From a candidate division FCPU426 bacterium (GTDB taxonomy: Bacteria > Oederibacteriota > Muellerivitia > Muellerivitales > Muellerivitaceae): a DNA stretch of 64,000 bases. Every line of letters begins with the position of its first letter. The first letter of the stretch is position 1. Shown piece by piece: positions 26,960 through 37,295 of this stretch. The DNA is taken from the NCBI GenBank assembly GCA_963847625.1, contig CAWKAR010000013.1, positions 1 through 64,000 of the forward strand, read 5' to 3'. The notes under the pieces were generated by a model. That model was not told where the DNA came from and searched no databases. It saw only the letters and a list, made by a program, of their open reading frames with translations. A program made the position numbers and the translations under genes.

Positions 26960-29038
26960 ATGACTAAATGGGTGTCAACCAGCGGGCCCATCTATTTAAG
27001 AATTTTGCTGGCGTTGGCTTTCCTCCATGTCATGGCCCCCTCCGTTTCCTGGTGCGCCCCCAAAACCGCCGTCGAGGACGATTCCTCGGATGATTCCGAG
27101 GATGCCACAGCACCCACTTCCCCAAATGATGACTTGTCCAAGAAGCTGGAAGTTCTTCATAACACCGAAGTGGTTTATGCCTCTTCCAAGAGCGAGCAGC
27201 AAACCACGGAATCTCCCGGTTCCACCACCATCCTGACTTCCTCGGAAATCAAGGTCGGGGGTTTCCGCACCCTGGACGACCTTTTGAACTATGTCCGCGG
27301 CTTTTTCGTCACCTCCGACCGCAATTACACATACGTGGGCCTGCGGGGGTTTGGGAGCATGGGGGGCTACAACTCGCGGATTCTGCTGTTGGTGGACGGC
27401 CACAAGATCAACGACAACATCTACGGCCAGTTTTACTCGGGCCACGACTCCCCTGTGGACATGGACATGGTGGACCACGTTGAGATCATCCGCGGGCCCG
27501 CCTCGGTGCTTTACGGCAACTCCGCCGTCTTCGGCATCATCAACGTCATCACGAAAAAAGGCAAGGACGTCAACGGCCTGGTCCTTTCCGCGCAGGGGGG
27601 GAGCCTGGACACCATCGGGGGCGGGGCCCTCTACGGCGGCATCACGGATTCGGGCCTTCAATGGACCCTCGAGGGCTCGGCGTATGACAGCGGCGGGAAC
27701 GCCAACCTTTACTACCCCGAGTACGACAACCCCTCCACGAACCACGGCATCGCCCATAATTGCGACGGGGAGAACAGTCAGCACGGTTTCCTTTCCTTGA
27801 ACCTGGCGGATTGGGTTCTCGAGGCCGGAATCATGAACCGGTATAAAACCATTCCCACGGGCGTCTACGAGACCGCCTTTAACAATCCCAACAATTACAC
27901 CAACGACACGGATTTCTTTTCCGAAATCAATTTCCGCAGCGGGGACCCGGAGAGTGGACAGTGGCTGGGCCGTCTTCACTTGGATGTCGCCGATTACACG
28001 GGGAATTACGTTTCGGCAAGCACCGGGATACCCAACATCGATATTGGCGACGGCGCCTGGTTGGGTGCCGAGCTTCAATATGTTTTTACGCCTTTTTACC
28101 GGAACAAGTTCACCTTGGGGGGCGAGTTTATCGACAATTTCGAGCAATTCCAAAAAAATTACGATTTGGGCGGCGCGACTTACCTGGACGATTCCCGGCA
28201 ATCCACGCAATGGTCCCTCTACGCCCAAGACGAGGTCAAACTTTTATCGAACATTTTCTTGAACGCGGGAGGGCGTTACGAGTATTTCTCAACAACCGGC
28301 GGACAGTTCGTCCCCCGGAGTGCCCTGGTCTGGGAGCCGTGCCGGACTACGGTCCTGAAACTGGTCGCGGGCGAGGCCTTCCGGGCCCCCGATGCTTTTG
28401 AGCTGTACTACTCCGACAACGGTAACAGCCAGGCCGCCAACCCCGCCCTGCAAAACGAAAATTTCGAGACCTACGAGTTCGACTGGGAGGAAACCTTGCT
28501 CACCAACCACCGTGTCCTTCTTTCCCTCTACCATTACATCGGGGAAAACCTGATTCTGATGGTGCCGGTCACGGTCGGCTCCAGCGTGGACATCAACGAG
28601 AATATCGGCCATGTCTCATTGAACGGATTGGAAGTGGAATACCAATACCAGAATACCGGGGGTATCCAGGGACGGTTGAGTTGGGCCTACCAGCGGGCCC
28701 AGGACGATCTTACGGGTCAGGTGCTTCCGGATTCCCCGCAAAATCTGGGCAAAGCCAGCCTGCAGGTCCCCCTCGACGCGAAACACCTCACCGTAGCGGG
28801 AGAGTGCCAGTTCACCGCGGCCAGTTACGGTTTTAACGACGTTTGGGCACAGGATTACACGATTTTCAACTTGAAACTTTATTCCCCCCATTTCATCTGG
28901 GAGAACATGGAAGCGAACCTTGATTTCTACAATTTATTCGACACACGCTACTACCAGCCCGTCGCGAACGAGTTTCAGCAGTTAACCCTCCAACAGGATG
29001 GGCTCGTGATCTGGGCCAGACTGGGTTACAAGTTGTGA
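26960..29038 (+). CDS. TonB-dependent receptor
   Basis: Signal peptide; plug domain ILLLVDG...VEIIRGPASVLYG...GIINVITK; C-terminal NLFD..Y...LGYKL. Confidence 0.93.
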   Translation: MTKWVSTSGPIYLRILLALAFLHVMAPSVSWCAPKTAVEDDSSDDSEDATAPTSPNDDLSKKLEVLHNTEVVYASSKSEQQTTESPGSTTILTSSEIKVGGFRTLDDLLNYVRGFFVTSDRNYTYVGLRGFGSMGGYNSRILLLVDGHKINDNIYGQFYSGHDSPVDMDMVDHVEIIRGPASVLYGNSAVFGIINVITKKGKDVNGLVLSAQGGSLDTIGGGALYGGITDSGLQWTLEGSAYDSGGNANLYYPEYDNPSTNHGIAHNCDGENSQHGFLSLNLADWVLEAGIMNRYKTIPTGVYETAFNNPNNYTNDTDFFSEINFRSGDPESGQWLGRLHLDVADYTGNYVSASTGIPNIDIGDGAWLGAELQYVFTPFYRNKFTLGGEFIDNFEQFQKNYDLGGATYLDDSRQSTQWSLYAQDEVKLLSNIFLNAGGRYEYFSTTGGQFVPRSALVWEPCRTTVLKLVAGEAFRAPDAFELYYSDNGNSQAANPALQNENFETYEFDWEETLLTNHRVLLSLYHYIGENLILMVPVTVGSSVDINENIGHVSLNGLEVEYQYQNTGGIQGRLSWAYQRAQDDLTGQVLPDSPQNLGKASLQVPLDAKHLTVAGECQFTAASYGFNDVWAQDYTIFNLKLYSPHFIWENMEANLDFYNLFDTRYYQPVANEFQQLTLQQDGLVIWARLGYKL

Positions 29039-29084
29039 AAAGATTTGGAAACCTCAAGGCCGGATTGAGGAAGGGGTTTTATCC

Positions 29085-29810
29085 GTGAGAATTTTAAAAC
29101 GAACGATATTCACGCTCCTATTGGCGCTGGTTTGCCCGGCCTATGGCGCGAATGTCTCGGAATACTCCGTCAAAGCTTCCTATTTGTCCAATTTCGCCGA
29201 TTTTGTGAAATGGCCGAAAACCGCCTTCGCCGACGAAAGTTCACCCATCGTATTGGGAGTCCTGGGGGAGGACCCCTTCGGTAGCACTTTGGACGAAGCG
29301 GTTACGGGCAAGACCGTGGACGGCCGGGCCCTTGCCGTGAAACGCTTCAACAATTTTGATCAAGACCAATTACAGGATTTAAAGAATTGCCACATCCTTT
29401 TCATTTCCAACTCCGAGGCGGACAACATCAGGGAAATCCTCTCGAAATTGAAGGGCACCAATTTGTTGACTGTCTCGGAAATCGAGCGTTTTCCCATGAT
29501 AGGGGGCATGATCCAGTTCACCCAGGAAGGCGATATCATCGGGATGATCATTAATCCCAAGACGGCGGTAGCCGCCAGTTTGAAGCTCAGTTCCCACTTG
29601 TTGAAGGTCGCGAAGCTTTATATGAAAGTGAACACCGCGAAAGTGAGAACCCTTTATTACGATGGAATCCAGCTTTATCTCAACGGTGAAATCAAAGCGG
29701 CCATCAAAAAGTGGCGAGAATGCCTGGATGAAGATCCCGGCTATATCGCCGCCCAGGAGAAAATCTTGAAGGCCCAGGAGAAAATGAAGGCCATCTCAGG
29801 GCTCCAATAA
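29085..29810 (+). CDS. YfiR (DUF4154) family protein with C-terminal TPR-like helices
   Basis: EYSVKASYL.NFADFVKWP, LGEDPFG, CHILFIS, LSSHLLKVA. Confidence 0.88.
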   Translation: MRILKRTIFTLLLALVCPAYGANVSEYSVKASYLSNFADFVKWPKTAFADESSPIVLGVLGEDPFGSTLDEAVTGKTVDGRALAVKRFNNFDQDQLQDLKNCHILFISNSEADNIREILSKLKGTNLLTVSEIERFPMIGGMIQFTQEGDIIGMIINPKTAVAASLKLSSHLLKVAKLYMKVNTAKVRTLYYDGIQLYLNGEIKAAIKKWRECLDEDPGYIAAQEKILKAQEKMKAISGLQ

Positions 29811-29842
29811 TCGGATCTGGTTTCCAGCGCAACGTCCTAACG

Positions 29843-30207
29843 GAAAACCCAGGTTCATTCGAACCTGGGTTTATTTTTTGGTAACCCCGGAGAAACTCCG
29901 CTCGTAGGGGAAAAACCCCCTTCGTTACCCCATTTAAAAACCGGGAAACTTCCGTTTCCCATTCCTTTCCCACTTCCCCGTGGGCCATAAATAAAAAAAC
30001 CCAGGTCACTAGGACCCGGGTTTGAGTTATTGGTAGCCCCACAGGGAAACAGAACCTCGCTTTGCTCTCGTAGGGGAAGATCCCCCTACGTTACCCCTTT
30101 GAAAACCCGGGAAACTCCCGTTTCCCGACCCTTCCCACGGTTTCGATTCCCCGTGGTGTTATCAAACAGAAAAACCCAGATTCCTAAGAACCTAAGGTTC
30201 ATTTACT
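29843..30207. repeat. About 2.3 degenerate 150-175 bp repeats containing tRNA-Glu 3'-end copies and terminator-like hairpins
   Basis: aaaacccag...ggttt/ggttc hairpins at ~29843, ~29995, ~30170, each followed by tggta(a/g)cccc; ctcgtagggg...gggaaact.ccgtttccc is repeated twice. Confidence 0.8.
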
Positions 30208-30282
30208 TGGTAGCCCCACGGGGAATCGAACCCCGATTTAATGGCTGAGAACCATCCGTCCTAACCGTTAGACGATGGGGCC
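30208..30282 (-). tRNA. tRNA-Glu(CTC)
   Basis: GGCCCCATCGTCTAACGGTTAGGAC...TTCTCAG...GGTTCGATTCCCCGTGGGGCTACCA. Confidence 0.96.
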
Positions 30283-30413
30283 CTACCGCAAAACAGCGGA
30301 ATTATTAATTTTGAATTCTAAATTTTAAGTTAGAACTTAAGCAACATTCTAGGAAGAGCACAGAATTTTAAGGAAACTCCTCCCTCTTTACAACTTTATT
30401 ACTTCCAAGAAAA

Positions 30414-31847
30414 TCAGGGTTTTTCTGGTAGAGGGGCGAAAATATCGGTGATCTTCACGACTTTCCCGAATTCGGAAAGTTCCTTTTCCAAGGATGCCGG
30501 ACCGCATACCACCATCACCCAATCCTTACGGTCCAGGATCGACGCTGCGGCCCCGGCCGCCTCTTTTTTCGTCACGGCCTTTACCTTGTCACGAAAGGTG
30601 GCCAGGTAATCGTCCGGATAACCATGGAAATCCAGCGAAGCCTTGTAGGCCGCCAAGGAATAAGGCGACTCGAAGTTATAGGCGAATTCCTCCACCATTC
30701 CCTGCTGGGCCTGGCTTAATTCCTCCCTGGTGGGTCCATCTTTCGCGAAATCCCCCAAGATCTGGAACATCAACGCCAGATAATCCTTCACCGCGTCCGG
30801 GCGGGTTCCCCCGATGACCTCGAAAATCCCGGGGATGTTGTAGGGTACGGCGGCACTTTCCACTAAATAGGCCAGACCCTTGTCGGAGCGGATGTGGCGC
30901 ACGAGCCGGGAAGTGAATCCCGAGCCCCCGAGGATATAATTGTCCACCTGGAGGGGAACATCCCTCGGGTCATGGCGTTTCAGGCCGGGAACCCCGTAAC
31001 GGATGAAAACCTGCGGCACGTCCTTGGGGTAAAAATAAATGACGGGACCGAGTGGTTTCCCATCCGTGAAAACCTCGGGAGGCGACTGCTTTTTCCAACC
31101 CGAAAAGAGCGTTTCCAGATTCTTCAAGACCTCATCCTCGTCGAATTTGCCCGCCAGCGCCAAAACCGATCCTTGGGGCCCGAAATGCTCATGATAAAAC
31201 CGCAGGACATCATCCCGGTTCAAGCCCTTGGCGCTTAGCGGACTTCCCCATCTTCCGTAAGGATGCCGGCCAAACAAGCCCTTGGTAAAAAGGACCCGGG
31301 TCAGGTTGTCAGGGGTATCCTCCAAGCGGTTGAGGGAATCCGCCAGGTTGGCCCGGTCCGCCTCCAGGCGCTTCGGATCGAACGCGGGGCGCAGCAGCAT
31401 GTCGGCGAAAAGATCAAGGATGGTTGTGAGGTCACCCGAAAGGCAGCGGAACGAAACGTTAAAAGCCTCCTGGTCAGCGCTAGCTTCCATCGTCGCGGCT
31501 TTTTCCTCCAATGCTTGGTCAAATGCCTCCGCGGATAATTTCCCGGCGCCCCCGTTCCGAAGCTCCTCGCTCATTAAACCGACGAGGCCTTCCTTACCCT
31601 GTGGATCGGTCACATGCCCTCCCGGAATGGAAAAATTAGCCGAGACCAGGGGAAGATCGTCATCCTTGAGAAGGATGACCTTCAACCCGCAAGAAAGGGT
31701 TTTTACATGGAAATCGGGGATTTTGATTTTCAAGGGCGGAGCCTTGGGAATCACGGGCGGACGTGCCGATATGGGGGATAAATAACCGAAGCCGAAAACA
31801 AGGGGTAAGGAAAGAATCAGAGTTTTCGAGATCCGTGACAGTTTCAA
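30414..31847 (-). CDS. M16 family (pitrilysin-like) peptidase, non-catalytic type subunit
   Basis: LPLVS, DPQGKEGL, ILGGSGFTSRL...IRSDKGLAY; no HXXEH motif. Confidence 0.88.
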   Translation of the reverse strand: MKLSRISKTLILSLPLVFGFGYLSPISARPPVIPKAPPLKIKIPDFHVKTLSCGLKVILLKDDDLPLVSANFSIPGGHVTDPQGKEGLVGLMSEELRNGGAGKLSAEAFDQALEEKAATMEASADQEAFNVSFRCLSGDLTTILDLFADMLLRPAFDPKRLEADRANLADSLNRLEDTPDNLTRVLFTKGLFGRHPYGRWGSPLSAKGLNRDDVLRFYHEHFGPQGSVLALAGKFDEDEVLKNLETLFSGWKKQSPPEVFTDGKPLGPVIYFYPKDVPQVFIRYGVPGLKRHDPRDVPLQVDNYILGGSGFTSRLVRHIRSDKGLAYLVESAAVPYNIPGIFEVIGGTRPDAVKDYLALMFQILGDFAKDGPTREELSQAQQGMVEEFAYNFESPYSLAAYKASLDFHGYPDDYLATFRDKVKAVTKKEAAGAAASILDRKDWVMVVCGPASLEKELSEFGKVVKITDIFAPLPEKP

Positions 31848-32576
31848 TTAAATTCTCCCCGCCCAGGCCATCCACCTTAGTTTCAGGACGGTCATGACGT
31901 ATTGGAGCATTTCCCTGGCGGTCAGCTTGCTTTCACCCTCGTGGCGGTTCACAAAAACAATGGGAAATTCATCGATCTTAGCCCCCGCCCTGAGCGCCCG
32001 GAAAAGAATTTCCACCTGAAAGGAATAGCCAAATGAAAATATTTTTTGCAAGCCTATTTTCCGTAGCAAATCGACCCGGTAGCATTTGTAACCGCCGGAA
32101 CAATCCTGAAAACGGATCCCGAGGATCCACCGGGCGAAATGGTTGGCGGAGCGGCTGATGAAAAAGCGCCACATTCCCCAATTCACCATTCCCCCGTCCT
32201 TCACGTAACGCGAGCCAATGATGAGATCGTTGACCCTGACCAATTCCAGCATTCTCGGGATATTGGCGGGATCGTGGGACAAATCCGCGTCCATGGCAAT
32301 GACAAAACGGTAGTCCCATTCAACGGCTTTTTCCATGCCATGGACATAGGCGGAACCCAGGCCCATTTTTTCCGGCCGATGAAGGACCTTGACGTGGGAG
32401 TCCCGGCACGAGATGGTTTCGGCGATTTTGCCAGTACCATCAGGTGAATTGTCGTCCACAAAGAGAAGGTCGCAAGCTTTGGTCGCACAGAAGATCTTTT
32501 GGTATACGGTTTCGATATTCCCTTTTTCGTTGTAAGTCGGAACCACGATCAGGGTCTGGTTCTTCCTTTTTCTCAT
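31848..32576 (-). CDS. Polyprenol-phosphate mannose synthase (DPM1-like GT2)
   Basis: VPTYNE, VDDNSPDGT, MDADLSHDP, GSRY, GYSFQVE. Confidence 0.92.
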   Translation of the reverse strand: MRKRKNQTLIVVPTYNEKGNIETVYQKIFCATKACDLLFVDDNSPDGTGKIAETISCRDSHVKVLHRPEKMGLGSAYVHGMEKAVEWDYRFVIAMDADLSHDPANIPRMLELVRVNDLIIGSRYVKDGGMVNWGMWRFFISRSANHFARWILGIRFQDCSGGYKCYRVDLLRKIGLQKIFSFGYSFQVEILFRALRAGAKIDEFPIVFVNRHEGESKLTAREMLQYVMTVLKLRWMAWAGRI

Positions 32577-32611
32577 GGTCTCCCCATTGGATTTTTCGCC
32601 TCAGACACGAG

Positions 32612-33634
32612 TTACCGGACGGCCGTAATGGGGGACGGAATAAACCGGACGATCCTGTTTTGACCCCTTTCGGCCACGATGACTCTTCCTTGGTTGTCCA
32701 ACGCGATGCCGGCCGCCCCCGGGAACCCCTGCCCTTTTCCGGGTCTTTTATAAATAGCCTGGGTATCTCCGGATATGGACAGCTTCAGGACCCATTGTTG
32801 GCTTGCGTTTGTCGTATAGAGGGAACCCTGTCCCAAGGCCAGGTACGGCATCTCGTCGTTCTTTCCCCTCCATGAAGAGACCTTAAATGCGGCTTGAAAT
32901 TTCCCATCCAGGTTGAATTTCTGAATCCGCAGGTTGTCAGAATCCACCACATAGAGGAACCCGCCGGGATCGGCCACACAGCCTTCCGGTTCCTGGAACT
33001 GGCTGTTTGTCTTTCCGAAACTTCCCCAATCCTTTATAAAATTTCCTTCCTCGTCAAAAACGTCGACTTTGTGGTTTCCGGTGTCTACCACATAAATACG
33101 GTTCCCATCCCCGGAAATGCCCCGGGGACCGTTAAAACTGCGGCTCCATTCCTTGAGGAAATGGCCGTCCGCGTCGAACTTTTGGATGCGGTGATTGAAG
33201 GTATCGCAAACAAAAATCAGGCCCTGTTTATTCACGAAAATTCCGCTGGGTTGGTTGAATTGCCCCTTTTCCTTGCCGGATTCGCCGAAGGAAAGGACCT
33301 CATTCCCGGATACGTCGAATTTCCGGACGCGGTTGGCCCCGAATTCCGTAACATAGATATTCCCATTTTCGTCGGTGGCCACATCCCAAGGTTCCTTGAG
33401 GACCCCGGATTTCGTCCCATTACCGTCGGTTTCCCAATCCACCCGGACATCCACGACCTTGGCCAGGGACAACTGTCGGCTGATTTTTTGAAGGGTCCCG
33501 TAAAGCAAGCATACCAAAACAGTAATGCCCATGAGGGCGAAAAATAGTTTCGCCCCCTTCCCAAACCTTTTGTGTTTTTTACCGCCCTTCTTTCGCCGAT
33601 TCCGTTTACCTGCCGTTGACCGCTTTTTCGCCAT
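32612..33634 (-). CDS. Membrane-anchored NHL-repeat protein
   Basis: Basic N-terminus, TM helix, repeats GQFNQPSGI...DTFNHRIQKFD. Confidence 0.9.
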   Translation of the reverse strand: MAKKRSTAGKRNRRKKGGKKHKRFGKGAKLFFALMGITVLVCLLYGTLQKISRQLSLAKVVDVRVDWETDGNGTKSGVLKEPWDVATDENGNIYVTEFGANRVRKFDVSGNEVLSFGESGKEKGQFNQPSGIFVNKQGLIFVCDTFNHRIQKFDADGHFLKEWSRSFNGPRGISGDGNRIYVVDTGNHKVDVFDEEGNFIKDWGSFGKTNSQFQEPEGCVADPGGFLYVVDSDNLRIQKFNLDGKFQAAFKVSSWRGKNDEMPYLALGQGSLYTTNASQQWVLKLSISGDTQAIYKRPGKGQGFPGAAGIALDNQGRVIVAERGQNRIVRFIPSPITAVR

Positions 33635-33670
33635 TTCTCGTTCTCCTTTTCCTACTGATAACGGATGGGA

Positions 33671-34699
33671 TTACAGTCCCCTTAGTTTGTAAATCCTCGC
33701 GGTTGCGGCATCGGTCACGTAAACGTTCCCGTCCTTGTCAACCGCGACACCGATCGGGGTATTGAACAGGTTCCCGCCATTCGGATCTTTTTCCAGGGTC
33801 GCGGCCAGCGAACCGTCGTTCGTATGGTAGGCATAAACCTTCTTGCCGCGGCCGTCGGTAACATAGAGCAGGCCCTTCATGGAATCCATCGCCAGATGGG
33901 GCTCCATGTCGACTTGCTCCTGGGCCCAGCCGCCCACGTGCCATTCCCGCAAGAACTGACCGTCGGAAGTGAAAACCTGTATCCGGAAATTCAAGCGGTC
34001 GGCCACGTAAAGGTTTCCGGCCTGGTCCAAAGCCAATCCGATCGGCTCGTTGAATTGCCCGGGTTTGTCGCCCTTGATGCCCCATGCCCTTATTTGTGCG
34101 CCTTTAGGGTCGAATTTAACGATTCGGTGCCTGCCAGTATCCGCGACAAAAATGAATCCCTTCGAATCCGCCGCAATTTCACGGGGCCCGAAGAAGCCGT
34201 CCTGGCTCACGAAAACTTTCTTCAGGCTTCCCTTGGATGAAAAGATTTGGATGCGCGCGTTCCAGGTATCGATGACATAAACATTATCGTCGGGCCCGAT
34301 GCATAAACCGTTAGGCTCGTTTAGTTTTCCCGGCGACAGGCTGGCCAGTTTCTTCTGGTCCGCCCCGCCCACGTTGGTAAAGCCCCCGAATTCAGTCATG
34401 AACTGCCACTTGGCAGGGCCGAACTTTTGGACCCTGTGGTTGCGACTGTCGGCCACGAAGATTTCGCCTTTGCTGTTCACCGCAATGCCCCGGGGATAGC
34501 TGAATTGCCCCGGTCCAGCCCCCGGCTGGCCGCCTTCCATGAGCACTAAACTGGCCCTCGCTGGTGGAGGCGCCTGACCAATCACGGGTTTGGGTTTTGA
34601 ACCCATCATGGCCCAAATGGCCGCGACAGCCACTAGTGCCAAGACCGCTGCCAAAACTAAATCCTTCGTCGTTAAAATCCGTTCACCGATTTTCAGCAT
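33671..34699 (-). CDS. Membrane-anchored NHL-repeat protein
   Basis: N-terminal TM; repeats GQFSYPRGIAV...ADSRNHRVQKF. Confidence 0.9.
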   Translation of the reverse strand: MLKIGERILTTKDLVLAAVLALVAVAAIWAMMGSKPKPVIGQAPPPARASLVLMEGGQPGAGPGQFSYPRGIAVNSKGEIFVADSRNHRVQKFGPAKWQFMTEFGGFTNVGGADQKKLASLSPGKLNEPNGLCIGPDDNVYVIDTWNARIQIFSSKGSLKKVFVSQDGFFGPREIAADSKGFIFVADTGRHRIVKFDPKGAQIRAWGIKGDKPGQFNEPIGLALDQAGNLYVADRLNFRIQVFTSDGQFLREWHVGGWAQEQVDMEPHLAMDSMKGLLYVTDGRGKKVYAYHTNDGSLAATLEKDPNGGNLFNTPIGVAVDKDGNVYVTDAATARIYKLRGL

Positions 34700-34732
34700 C
34701 TTCGACCTCCCTGAAGTAAAATGTGGTCCCGG

Positions 34733-37242
34733 TTAAGGGTTGATCTTATACAACACAGAATTTCCAATGTTAATGACTGACGTGCCAAGCTGGGCGAACT
34801 TACCCAGGTTTTCGGGGTGATCCTTATACTTCTGCCGTTCCAAGTCCCCCACATAAACGTAATCCACCGAATATTTCCTCAATAAATCCCGGGTTTGGTT
34901 CAAGTCCGGGCTTGAGTATAAAGCGTCCACGTCCGACTGCCTTTTTTGCACGGTGTCATCTGGGCTTTGGCCTCGGATAACCGCCTGATCCCAGGAACCC
35001 CTCCATTGCGCCTCGTGGAAATTCCAACCCAGCAAAGTGGGGTATCCCGTCACGGTGGAAAGCCGCGTGTATTCCTGCTGGTAGGATCCCCCCAGGCTTC
35101 CAGAATCACTGGAATTTTACCTGAAATCGGCTTCACGTTGGTTTTGATCCACTGGGCCACTTGGTAATCCACCGGGAAAGTTCGCTCATAATAAAGGGAC
35201 CCGTCCATCGTGATATTTTCCACCGAGGACCCCCGCATGCGCGACGTGAACGCCAGAACCGGGTAAAGGGCGGCCCCAAAAAAAGCGAGGCTGGCGGCCG
35301 TAATCCAAAGCCATTTCTTCCACGATGCCCAGCGGGTTAACTGGTTTTCCACGATCCACTTCAAGAAAAACCCCGATGACAGGCTGAAAAGAATCCAAGC
35401 CTGGTAATGGAACTTGAACACTGTATTCATGCGGTAAAGGCTGCTACCGTCGAAATGGTCCCGGATATACAAAACTTCACAGCTCAAAATCAGGGCAAAG
35501 GCAAGGATGGCCAGCAGGGTGGCAAAAACCCCCTCATGGCTTTCATCCTTTCCAGAAAGCGACATCACGGCGAATAACACTAAGAGGGCTGCGAAAAGAA
35601 TGGTAGCGAGCTTCAAGAACCCCAAATTCAATAGGATCAAGGCCGCCAGCGCAATCCCGAGGGCCATCCAGCCCCGCGTTGGATTTGAATCAGATCGGAA
35701 AAACCTCTTCAACCCGGATAGGAAAAGACGGGTTTTATCGTGTGGCACCGCGACGAATTCAACGGTGCCGGCAGGAGCTAATTCCCCCCCGCAAAAGCCG
35801 CAGAAATTTTTACCTGAATTTTCGCGGCCGCAATAAACGCATTTCCAATCCTCGGAACGTTTGCTCCGCGCCTTGGCGCCTTTCTCATTGTTGGAATGGA
35901 GCGCTTTTCCGATCAAGGCCGGCACCAGGATAACCAGGAACAAGCCGAATATGACATTAATGTAGTAGAAATCGGTTCGGTCACCCACAAAACCCAAACC
36001 CTTTGCTTGAGATTGGAATTTGAAATAAAAAAACATGTAAAACAGGAAAGAACCCACCACGATGGGAATCCCGACCAGCGCGGTAGATTTAAACCATGTC
36101 GCAAGATCCTTCCCGTTGACCCACCACTGCTGGAGAGCAAGACTGATTCCCAACAGAAGCATAAAAGTCGGAAAATCCCAGCTGTTCAGGAATGAAAGAG
36201 CCCCGAAAATCATCATGAACATAACCCATTGGATCAATTGCCATGAGCGCCTGTTGGAAAAAACACCCAAACCCGGATAGGGGGATTTTATCAAGTTCAA
36301 TATGACCGCCACCGCCAATAGGACGAAAGGAATGGCCATCACATGCGGGTGGAGATCCGAAAGAAAAAAGCTGAAAGAGGGGAACTCATTAATCATTTTG
36401 TCGCTAGGGGGAACGGGAACAATGCGGGAGGCCTGGAAATAATCCCAATAATTGGCGAGGGGGCTGAAAAGGAAACCAAAAAAACCCGAAAAGCCGGTGT
36501 GTGCCGAAGAATTGGCTGGAAAATTATAATAAGGTATCCGCAAATCTCCTATCTTGAAGCTTTGTACGGCGCGATGCCAATAATCCAAATTCCCGAAAAT
36601 CACCATGCATGCAGAGGAAAAAAGAGAGTAACGATACCGCCGGGTCAAGGAGTATGCGATGGCAAAAGCGCAAACCGCGGCCAATGCCCATGTCAGGGCC
36701 ATAGCAAGATTGTAGGCAACGCCCGAATCAACAAAAGTTAGTTTGCTCATGACCGCCACGATGAAATAACCGAAATAGTAATAGGAAATACTACCACCCG
36801 CTAACCAAGGATCCTGGGGAGGCATGTTCGGCGAAGCCAAGATCCCGTTGATCATGGCAAAATCCATGGGTTTTTCTGTGCCCACGATGTCAGGCGTGCG
36901 CATCTTGTAGGCACCTGCCACTAGGAACGCCACTAGGAAAAAACATTCCACTACCAGGATGAACCCAGCGTTTTTAGCCCAAAATTCCTTGAAGGAAATC
37001 CAGGAATCTTTTAGTAGGTAAGCTGAGGCGGCCGTAAGGACGAGGACCGCCATGATGATGCTTGAGACGCCGAACGAGAGATATCCGAAAAGCCAGGAAA
37101 AATAACCTATGACCAGTAATGCCAAAACCTTGCTGAAAATATAGCCCTTGTCGGGAAGTTGTTTCAGCAAAACCAGGGTCAAAGGCAATGCCAACAACCC
37201 CAGGATCTCTATGACCAACCACCAAACAAAAAGAGATGCCAT
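34733..37242 (-). CDS. DUF2298 (Chlor_Arch_YYY) polytopic membrane protein, -1 frameshift in a G run at 35088-35093
   Basis: EKPMDF, PPQDPWLAGGSISYYYFG, INEFPSFSF..DLHPH, RMNTVFKF; tail TGYPTLLGW..HE.QWRG is in ORF 34733..35053. Confidence 0.88.
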
Positions 37243-37295
37243 TTAATAAACCTCCAAGGATGACATAAATTTATTGAAAACTTTCCTCAACCCAA

